A DNA stretch of 63,250 bases, counting the filler, from Welwitschia mirabilis (Eukaryota), in the NCBI GenBank assembly GCA_051453625.1. It is 5 parts of one record of this genome, joined end to end, with 100 filler letters (N's around TTAATTAATTAA, not from the genome) between each part and the next. Parts side by side here need not be neighbours in the genome. Positions count along the whole stretch, not along the records: positions 31,043 to 56,054 come from JBOZIK010000001.1; positions 56,155 to 59,279 come from JBOZIK010000001.1; positions 59,380 to 63,250 come from JBOZIK010000001.1; 2 more parts are not named here. One strand, given 5' to 3'. Positions within the stretch are counted from its first letter, which is position 1. Every line of letters begins with the position of its first letter. A program made the position numbers and the translations under genes. The notes under the pieces were generated by a model, which was not told where the DNA came from, ran no database searches, and was given only the letters and a program-made list of their open reading frames with translations. Below are positions 53,055 through 63,250 of the stretch, one piece after another.

Positions 53055-55900
53055 AGATTTATGAACATTAGAAAAAGAAGAAAAAATAAGATAAGGCTCA
53101 GATTTTTTATCATAAAGAATGCTAATTTTGTAATGAAGAAAAATATTTTTGTTTAGAAGAAATTTCTCACATATGAAACTTAAAATACTTAGTTCGTAAA
53201 ATTTAGAAATTAATAAATTTTTAATAGTATAAATATCATATTTATTATTGAATTATTAATAATCATGTTTTATCCTTTATTTTCTAAAAATGTTATTATG
53301 AAGAATTCATTTTTAATATTTTATTTATAGATCATCCTATGCTTCAAAAATTTTTTGAAATCAATAATGTATATGGATTAGTTTCATTATCATTTTATTA
53401 GAATTACAAATGCTCTAAAGAACAATTATTATCATGAAGAATGGAAGAATAACTAGAAAATAAGTTGATGTATTAACCTAATAGCCTAGTACTAAACTAA
53501 CCTACAAAGACTAAGGACTACATATGTATTTTCTATGACTAGTGAAATCTATTATTATTTATCAATAACAATAAAAATGTATTAATAAATGTTTATAGCC
53601 AAAAGAAGGTTTATATAAGTAAGGCCTACATCAAGGGTAAATCATCTATATTAAACGTTATGATTTGACATTCATTTAGAATTGACTCTTATTAGATCCT
53701 ACTGCATCCATTAGGATTCTATCATTTTAGATTTAAATTTCTTATAGTTATCATCAGGGACTATCTTATCATGATATTCTAAGACCCTCTTCTCCCTTCT
53801 TGAGGTAAATGATTAAATCATAAGGAAATTTTCTTACTAAGCCCTAGTAATTAATATACACTAAAGTAATATTTTTTTTACAATGTTTTCATGATTGATG
53901 ATTACACTTTACTTCATGATTAGATTTTATTTATTCTTATATCATAGATAAAACCATTATTACTCATTATATTTCTCTCTTAAGTTTATGTTTTAATGTA
54001 TCATCAAGGTCTAGATGACGGATATATTAAGTTTATGATATATTTTGTAATAATATTTCTTGCATTTTATTAAAAGATATAACATATATAATACCTTTGT
54101 TTTCATGACATTTGGAATCTATAGTAAATGATTGTTTCTTATCTATGAATCCAAGTTGTACTTAATATAATATATTTTACGTATCTTGGACTTTCTTAAT
54201 TGATCATCTTACAAGTAATCATTCCCGATATCTTTGAACAGAAATCTACATTAATTTATAATCTTTTTCAAAGCATTTCTAGCGTAATACTTATCTGAAA
54301 ATATTTTATAACATTTTAAAATTTGAAATACCTTTATAATACCTAATATATAATGATATTCAAGATCAAATAAGCTATAATATAGTATCTCAGTTTACTT
54401 ATTTTAAACTACTACCTATATGTTAATAACTGAGGTGTAATTTTCAAAGATTGTAGATTATACTAAAAATCAAGATGTAAAATGTTTTTTGATGCTATGT
54501 TTGGATATTTTAATTGGTATTCTTGCACTTAATGAATCATTTTAATTTTATAAATTATTTTTTATTTTATGTTTTTCAAATCTGCTACTATCAAAACTAC
54601 CAAAATTTTATATGTTTAACAAGAATTAGGAGCATTTAGAGTATGGATTTATGAACAATTTTGTCAAATATATGATGTCAAACACAACTTATATTGAGGT
54701 AAGTTTTAATCTTATTTTTGCATTCTTAATATAAAAAGGACATTCTTAATATATTTATTAAAATTCATAAAAAGTGTATATTTGCTATAATATCAAGATT
54801 TTATTCTATGTTGCAAATATGAAATTTTAAATTTAGGAATTTTTTCAAATCAAATACCTATGATACATAGTATAAATTTATTCTTCAAAACAAGCATGCA
54901 AAATAGTATGTACATTTGGAATATGATTTAGCTATTTCTAAATTTTGCATATGAGTAGAACCAAAATGTATTAATAAGGTAATTTGATTATTCAACAATT
55001 TTCACTATCATTTACATATGCACTAGTGGTTTTTAAAAGAACTATATAGATTTGGTTTAACTAATGATTTAGATAGAAAAATGATCCAAAGAAACAAGGT
55101 CTTACATTCTAAAGATATAAAGGAAAAATAACATAACTAAATGAAGTTTTATAAGAAGTGTGATAGAAAGATGCTCACTAGATGGCATGTATGAAAATAA
55201 TAATCCTTAATAACTATCTATTGGTAATGTTCCCACATTCTACATATACATAGCATACTAGTATGTGCTAGTCATAACAAGTAACACCACTTTAAAATGT
55301 TTGTCTTAATTTTATATACTTTGATTAATCTAATGATCAATGATAATAGTGGAATTATCATCAAATCATATTCTTATTTTATCAACATACTAGAATTATT
55401 TTGAACTATGTATCATTAATGCTCTGGTTATTTCAAATTCTTTAATTTTTGTATTGAAAAATGATTATAATTCTTACAAACTATGCATACTGGATATAAC
55501 TCCAAATAAAGCTAGCTTGACCAGTGAGAAAATGGGGGATAAACTTCATTGTCAAGAGGGAAAACAATTAGTTCACTAGATAAAACCTTGAAATAACTAC
55601 TTAATGATGAAGGATGTACACTTGTAAAGATAATTAGGAGGTATGCTAAGGTATCCAAACCATTATAACAATGATTTATAACTATCTACTCCTATCCTCT
55701 AAACTAGAGTCCTCCTTTGTAAAGATCTATTCTTTTAAGTCCCTTTCAAAGCTTTCTTCACCTTAATTATTTTAGATTTAGAGGATATAGGAGCAAGTTT
55801 CTTACTAGGTATTACATTTTAAAGTGTAAAGTGAAAACTATAGGATATATAAGTGCAAAAAAGAAAAAAAATCCAAACTTAATTTTGAGATGGTACTCAA

Positions 55901-58900
55901 TGTTGCGATGTGTATTTGTGTAATGTTTCATGTTCAATCTCAAACCTGTTAGTTATAAATAAGATGCAAAATACAACACGCTAGTATAGATGGAGTGATC
56001 CGAATGTCATAATTCCATCGAAGGCCAATGGTATGGACAATAAAGAGTTGATTTNNNNNNNNNNNNNNNNNNNNNNNNNNNNNNNNNNNNNNNNNNNNTT
56101 AATTAATTAANNNNNNNNNNNNNNNNNNNNNNNNNNNNNNNNNNNNNNNNNNNNTGCCTTCACAAGAAAAATCTCCGAGCTGTTTTATGTGACTATTTAA
56201 TCCACTATAGAAATAATCTATTAATTCTATATTAGAAAAGGCATCTACTAGGTTTGAGTGTAAAGCTACAATGAATCTCTCATAAGTAGAAGCATAGTCT
56301 TCATTAGGCAGTTATTGGAAGTTGATAACTTCTTTCTTGCGGTTTCGGATGGTGGTTTCACTTATGAATTATTTGACAAAGGTCTCTTGAACTTGGCTCC
56401 AAGATTTTATGCTTCTATGAGGGATCGTTCTGAGCCAAAGTTTAGCCTTATCTTGCAAAGTCATAGGAAAGATGATTATGTAAGTTCTATCAGTTATGCG
56501 TTTCTTACCATTGTCAGATGTAAGGAGGAGTTGTTCTATTTCTGCGATGTATTGTAGGGGGTCTTCATCAAGTTCTCCTCTAAAAATTTAAGTTTTTCAG
56601 TTCTATGTCTTTGTCAGGAGGTAAGTCAAAAGGGTTTTGAATTTCCAGTCATTTATGAGCTATGAGATCTCTCAAAGTCGCATGAGTGTTTGATTGAAAA
56701 GGCGTATAAGTAATAGTTCCAACGATGGGTGGAGGATTTGGTGAGATAGGTTGTTTTTGACGAGAGGTTGACTCTATATTAAATTCTTTAAAATTAAAAT
56801 CAAATTCACTTGTAGAATTACAATTAGAAATTTTAGGAAATTCTAAGGTTTGTGTACCTGAACTATTTTGATTTTCAAATTCAAAATTAAGCAAACCTTC
56901 TTAGATATTTTCTGCAATGAATTGTTTCTCTCTCTGATATTTTTCACCTTTTCTAATCTTAACCATTTAGTTTCAGTGATATCCTGTGCGTCGTCCTGTC
57001 TATCGTCTAAAACTGTCGTCCGACTAAGACGTCTGAATGACTGAGGGGACATCAGTGGTTAGTGAAAAATAAAATTAAAAAACTAAAATAAAAATACTTA
57101 CAGAGGATAATGGTACACCGATGCTGCAGCAAACATCCAGAATATTTACTAAAGCAATGACAACTCTCGATTTCCAAGCCACCTTCCCTAGTAACGGTGC
57201 CAATTTATTACGGTGTGTATTTTTGCAATGTTTCACACTTCAATGTCATTCTTGTTAATTATAAATAAAATGCAAAATACAACACGCTAGTATAGACGAA
57301 GTGATCCAAATGTTATAATTCCATTGAAGGCCAATGGTATGGATAATAAAGAGTTGATTTCAAAAAGAAATATGTAATCTAATCTATAGAATTAAATTAC
57401 AATGCATGAAATAGAATAATGATGCAATACTAATCTATAAAAATAAACAGCAANNNNNNNNNNNNNNNNNNNNNNNNNNNNNNNNNNNNNNNNNNNNNNN
57501 NNNNNNNNNNNNNNNNNNNNNNNNNNNNNNNNNNNNNNNNNNNNNNNNNNNNNNNNNNNNNNNNNNNNNNNNNNNNNNNNNNNNNNNNNNNNNNNNNNNN
57601 NNNNNNNNNNNNNNNNNNNNNNNNNNNNNNNNNNNNNNNNNNNNNNNNNNNNNNNNNNNNNNNNNNNNNNNNNNNNNNNNNNNNNNNNNNNNNNNNNNNN
57701 NNNNNNNNNNNNNNNNNNNNNNNNNNNNNNNNNNNNNNNNNNNNNNNNNNNNNNNNNNNNNNNNNNNNNNNNNNNNNNNNNNNNNNNNNNNNNNNNNNNN
57801 NNNNNNNNNNNNNNNNNNNNNNNNNNNNNNNNNNNNNNNNNNNNNNNNNNNNNNNNNNNNNNNNNNNNNNNNNNNNNNNNNNNNNNNNNNNNNNNNNNNN
57901 NNNNNNNNNNNNNNNNNNNNNNNNNNNNNNNNNNNNNNNNNNNNNNNNNNNNNNNNNNNNNNNNNNNNNNNNNNNNNNNNNNTCTAGATGATTAGGTGGA
58001 TGATGGAGTCTAACGAGAAGATGTTCAATTTAACTACAAGTCATCTAGAATTAATTCTATCATATGTCCAATTAGAATTGTTGTCTTGTCTATCGTCTGG
58101 ATGACATAGGGGACGACAATCTTCTACTCATCCTTTTTTAGTGTGATATTTGGTTGTTTGCACGAATAATCATCTGAAAATACAATTTATCCATATCTAT
58201 ATGAAATCCTCGTGAATTATCTTATAAACTGCATGTTTTCATCTTGTGTTCCTAGATTCTCAATTATCATAGGAACTATGCATTTATCTATTAGTTTATC
58301 TATAAAACAACTCAAAATACCTTATCAAATACACTTAAGTTGGCATTGCAACATAGTCCCCACTTAGCCTTGTCAGTTCCTGATAAAACTAGGCGGTAAA
58401 CTATTTTTGTAAGGTAACTTTTCAACTAATAAAAACTAGAATAGGTAAAGGAAAGCATCTGACAAAAATGTAACAGAAATAAATCTGAATCTAAATTTCT
58501 AAAAAAATTAAAAATTGAATAAAGTACCTGTTAAGTATCAGATGTATGTTTATCGTCTGGTCTGTTGTCCAGACAATAATGGGGACGACAGGCTCCTTAA
58601 AAGATTTTCAAATTCTGAAACCTATGATAGAAAATAGATCTTTCATTAGTTTAAAAAATTCTGGAAAAGAGCTCCTCTTGTGATAGATAGTTAAGTATAA
58701 TTATGTAAAAATTAAGAAGGATTTACAATAATGATTATGATAAAAAAATTGGATCAGAAATATGTAATATTAAAATGATATGTGTATTCTGCCCCCCACT
58801 TAAAGTGTATAATGCGTCCCGAATTACCTAAACTAATGAAAATTAAAATAACTTGAAGGAAAAACTATAAAACTACTAAATTAGAAAAGAAGAAAATGAA

Positions 58901-59279
58901 AAAATAACTAGAAAATAATAGACATAAAAATAGAAGAAAAATAGAGGTGAAATGGAGACAAGGAACATGAAGAAGACTATTTTACCTAGTCTAAGTACTA
59001 ATGTAGCAAACTCCAAAGGAAAATATCATAACATTATCTAGGTAAAGATGCATGATAAAATGTATTAACTTGATAAATTTTATTCGAGAAGGCAGTGGTT
59101 ATGGCAATATCCAAGGTTTCAAGTGTGTAAAACAATAAAGGTCAAATCAAAAAATATTTATAAATGGACTTTTCTATTTCTACCTACTAGCTTACTAAAA
59201 TCTTCAAAAGTGAGATGATCAAGTTGGAATATGTGTTATTTCTTTTGCTATGATGAGGGGAGTGTAACCACTATTAGAG
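55901..59279 (-). mobile_element. Athila-like tandem unit: 3' region-PPT-LTR-PBS-gag-(gap)-LTR end
   Basis: PPT AAGTGGGGACTA|TGTTGCA at 58353, LTR end at 57205, PBS TGGCACCGTTACTAGGGA at 57184-57201. A second LTR end 55901-56054 matches 57205-57360. Confidence 0.8.
56155..56900 (-). pseudogene. Retrotransposon gag remnant
   Basis: FPMTLQDKAKLWLRTIPHRSIKSWSQVQETF...EDYASTYERF...YFYSGL, the Retrotrans_gag pattern, with stops and a frameshift. Confidence 0.85.
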
Positions 59280-60744
59280 NNNNNNNNNNNNNNNNNNNNN
59301 NNNNNNNNNNNNNNNNNNNNNNNTTAATTAATTAANNNNNNNNNNNNNNNNNNNNNNNNNNNNNNNNNNNNNNNNNNNNTGACTTAATATCTCAAGCCCT
59401 TGGCACTCATGAATCATATTGCACCATCTGGAGATGCTGCAAGGAAGCGAGGGCTATTTGTAAGCATGCATCAACCTTATGTATTATTTGTCACCTGTAT
59501 TGGGGATATATCGGTGAAGTAAAAGCCTATACAGTTGAGCTCAGCCATGTTTGTATAGTTTAAAACCTGAAGTAGAACCAACTCGTATCCGGAGGATGAC
59601 CAGGTATTGAGTTGGAATGCCATTAATTGGAGTTTCAACCTCTTATTATATTNNNNNNNNNNNNNNNNNNNNNNNNNNNNNNNNNNNNNNNNNNNNNNNN
59701 NNNNNNNNNNNNNNNNNNNNNNNNNNNNNNNNNNNNNNNNNNNNNNNNNNNNNNNNNNNNNNNNNNNNNAACTTATGACATCACTATTATTTGTAAACCA
59801 AAATAATCTAGAAATTAATTATAGGTAAATATATAATATTAATATGATCTATCTTTCTTAAAATACAGAAATACTAATAAAGGAGTAAGTATAATTTGGT
59901 CCTCAGCTCTGTTGTGTTTATTAGGTAAAAATATTAAAGAAAAAAAGAAGGGTAAAAAATAGTGCTTAATTAGGGTAAAGAGTAGAGAGGGTGTTATAAT
60001 TTCATCCTTGTAAAAGTATGATTTTACATTTCAAAAGATATGCAAAGAAAGTATAACACATCAAATCGATAAATAAAACTTTTAATTCGTTATTGTGTTC
60101 TTAGTTTTTCTATCTTTATGCAATTAACCTTGTATACAATATTCATTTCTTCTTTAGCCCATAAAAGAAAGTTAGTCTTTCTAGAGAGTACAAATAATCA
60201 TGAATAAAAAAAGCAAAAAGAAGGATATCTTAAAAACAAGAAATTATAATTAGTTTGCGGATATCAAACTCAAAACTTTTAGTGACATGTACCTCCCATA
60301 TAAAGTATAGCCATCACAATCACCTATACAAGTGATTTTAAGTAGCTCAAAACTACATAACATACCATGCAAAGCATTCAAAGGTTTAAACTCAAAACCT
60401 TCTCAATATTAATATAATAATTAATAAATAAAAATAAATATTATAACTTAAATAAAATTAAAAAACTACAATTCTTTTAACCAATTATCAAAGATAACTA
60501 TTTTTATTTTATTTAGTTAAATGTATTTTACAAAACACATGCTCTACACAAAAGCTAAGTACTGAGCATTGAGCTCATACACTTGAAGCTTTTTACAGAT
60601 GTTATCTTTGCTCCCTCTTCTTTAGAATCATACAGACTATTAACCTTCTCAATTTATTCACGAGGGTTTTATTCTAACCCATGAACCTGCTCTAAATTTA
60701 TTTAGCGCATTTTAATATTTATAAATAAACTGAGAAAATGCAAA

Positions 60745-61936
60745 CTAGAGCTGCCGCGGCTTCTCTGCTTCTTTTTGCTCTTCCTGCCGAATGCCCTGAA
60801 AATCCCGTGACATTTTCAGGCGATACATCTCTGCAAAAGTCATGGGTGTCTTCAAGCGGCACTCCTCGTCATCTCTTACAACTCCTTCCATCGGATACAC
60901 CACGGCATCCATCGCCGGCGTATGAAACGTCCCGATCGACACCCGACTCTCCTCCGAGTTAACCACCGCCTGGTGCAGTCTGCTCGTGAACCGACCATTG
61001 CTCGCCATCTGCAAGCCCCCACAACAAAACTCGCAGTTAAAATTGACCCTTAACCTCCGCCAAAAATCCAGACCTCAAACGGAGAGAAAATACCATAAGG
61101 TAGTCTCCGACATTGACGACGAAAGCGTTGGAAATTGGCGGAACATTCATCCAAGTCTTGCCTCCATCGTCGGTCACCTGGAGACCGCTAACGCTGTCGT
61201 CTTGCAGAAGCAGAGTAATGATATCAATGTCTGTGTGCGGATGCAGACCCAGAGTCATTTCCGGCTGCGGGCACCGCGGGTAATAGTTTGCAATGACTTT
61301 CTGGTGCATTTTGATGCAGGATTTGGCAATCGCGTCTGGCGAAAGTCCAAGCGCCTCCGAAAAGAGTTCTTGCAGAGAAATGGCCAACTGCATCATCTTT
61401 TCGCAGTAGTCTTCGACTGCGTTTTTCCAGCCGCGCGGAGAGTCCGGCCACAGAGAATAGTCGCGATCCTCGACCGGAAACGTCGAGAAGATGAAGAATT
61501 CTCTGTAATTCATGGGATGAGTTTTTACAGGCAATGGGCTTCCGACGACGAATCCGCCGCGGGCTCGGTCGTCGCCTCGCATGTCAAATTTCGTTTTCTC
61601 GTTCGCAGGCAGCCCGAAAAATTCTCTTGTGAGAGTCTGCATCAGCTTGATGAGATGTTCGTCGACTCCGTGGTCGGTCACTTGAAACATGCCCCAGTTC
61701 TCACAGGCGCTGCAGATTTCGTGTCTAATTCGGCTCCGCTGGGGCTCAGATTTATGGCCGTGGAGGGAGATTACGGGGATTTTGCAGGTAAAATCTTTGT
61801 GGGAAATGCGCGGCCTTTCTTCTTCTCTGCGGATGAAGATGTCCGGCAGATTGTCGACCAGCAGAACGTCTTTGCCGTCGCGGACGCCGTTGACAAGGCA
61901 CGCAGGCCTTGTGTCTGCTTCGCCGTTGCAGGTCAT
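60745..61936 (-). CDS. 2-oxoglutarate/Fe(II)-dependent dioxygenase, flavanone 3-hydroxylase-like, 368 aa; exons 61936-61094 and 61008-60745
   Basis: ATG at 61936, an 85-bp phase-0 GT-AG intron (61093-61009) and a stop at 60745. Motifs: [39 protein letters not shown] (HxD), HQAVVNS (distal His), RVS (RxS) and [15 protein letters not shown] (F3H-type C-terminus). Confidence 0.93.
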
Positions 61937-62709
61937 GGTATTGCGCTTGATTTGCAATAGCTGCAAGAGTGAGAATATGTGACAGCGGTGGGTTTTGCAG
62001 TGGATCTATAACAGTGAAAGTTGCAGATGGTAATCTTTCTGCGAGTCTGACTCACCGTGAGTTCCGGATGGCAGAGAGAAATTAGCGGGATTTCGTTGCA
62101 TGGACTGTTACTTTTGATTCTTCGGTCAATTTTTCTTGACTCCTGCGATCCGTTGATTTGGGCAGAGAAGCAGTGAGGCAACATAGTCCTAATGAGCAAG
62201 TAGGAGCCTACAAAACCTTAATGCACTCAATTTTTATCCTCTTTATTGAAACACTTTTTCAAAAATTTAGAAGCCATTATTCCTTCTTGGCCTAAAATAT
62301 ACATAAAATCTATATGTTTTGTCTCACACTTCAATAATAATGTGTATCTATATAGAGCACAATATGATTTCTTATAAATTATTATTATTTTTATGTAAGA
62401 CATTTTCTAATATCAACCTCACAACCTAAAAGTCATAGGACCACTACTTTACCATTCAAATATGACATCAGTCCTAAAACATATATATAATTTCTCTTGA
62501 ATTAGCTTTTTTAATAAAACATAAGCAACAAGGTGTACCTCCAAAGTGTACCATGGTTTTTTATGAATTAACTCCACTAAGGAAAACATCGATACTAACG
62601 TCTCTCCTATGTTGATCCATTCAAGACCTGTTAAATTGGTTTTGCATGTGTATTCTCATTCTTATCCTTAAATGCAAAACTCATTAATTTAGGAGTAAAG
62701 TTAAACAAG

Positions 62710-62924
62710 GGCCCTAGCCCATTAGTTAGATTCGATAAGTGATTTCCTTGTAGTCAGGAGTTTAAATCCCCATAGGAACTAGAGAGTGTGTGGATAGCCC
62801 CAACCAAGTCCCCCATAATCCTAGTGGTAATGGACATGGTGATAGCACCATAAGATGTAATGAGTGCTTTCATGCAATGCTAGAATTTCATAGTAGTTAA
62901 AAAAAAAAAGGAAAAAAACAAAAA
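62710..62924 (+). mobile_element. tRNA-derived SINE with A-rich tail and target-site duplication
   Basis: A-box-like TAGCCCATTAG (62715), B-box-like GTTTAAATCC (62760) and A-rich tail 62899-62924. Flanking direct repeats AGGAGTAAAGTTAAACAAG (62691-62709) and AGGAGCAAAGTTTAACATG (62925-62943) match 16/19. Confidence 0.8.
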
Positions 62925-63250
62925 AGGAGCAAAGTTTAACATGCATAACTCTTCTATTATAAATTTACAACAATATTTAAAATCTTTGAAAGGGTTTGCT
63001 AGATGAACTAAAATGAGCCTATGCTTCTACTTCTATGCTATAATTGTTAAGCATGAACTTGTCTAGCTTAGCTTGTTCTTTCAACCTTGTCAAATATCAT
63101 GACATGAATAATGAATTAAGTTTCCCAAAGCTATTTAAGTTACTTTTCATTCCCATTCGTTTACCACTAACTGTTAAAAGCTAGTTTTGTAACAAGTTAG
63201 TATCACAATCCTTTGGAAAAGCATTTCCATAAATCTCAAATCATAATCTA

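Noticed and set aside
20602..59335. Recurrent palindrome TTAATTAATTAA
   Set aside because: Always centred in N-runs, so an artificial scaffold spacer.
59400..59652. Short GC-richer island between gaps
   Set aside because: Translations show no recognisable motif, and the context is lost in gaps.
60986..61960. 324-aa plus-strand ORF and smaller overlapping ORFs (60738, 61224, 61689, 61933)
   Set aside because: Shadow frames of the GC-rich dioxygenase. No recognisable domain, and several use non-ATG starts.

Overview
This is land-plant nuclear DNA from a gapped assembly with many N-runs and TTAATTAATTAA spacers; I cannot determine the organism. About 60 kb is a very AT-rich, CpG-depleted nest of decayed transposons. 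It holds several Athila-like Ty3/Gypsy elements sharing ~1.05-kb LTRs, a tRNA-Asp-type PBS and an AAGTRGGGGCTA PPT. These include one decayed pol (RT-RNaseH-INT) with an extra 3' ORF, pol-less derivatives, a probable solo LTR and a tandem unit sharing one LTR. Also present are Sirevirus-like Ty1/Copia 3' ends and LTRs, a CACTA element with TIRs at 26477 and 40905, a Copia integrase/RT fragment, a degenerate J-domain in an unexplained AT-rich tract, and a tRNA-derived SINE with a target-site duplication. The only intact gene is a GC/CpG-rich, two-exon 2-oxoglutarate/Fe(II) dioxygenase (60745-61936, minus strand, 368 aa), F3H-like but divergent in F3H signature motifs. I cannot demonstrate a new biological system. 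The best leads are the divergent F3H paralog, the J-domain tract, the cassette-swapped pol-less Athila family and its conserved 3' hairpin.
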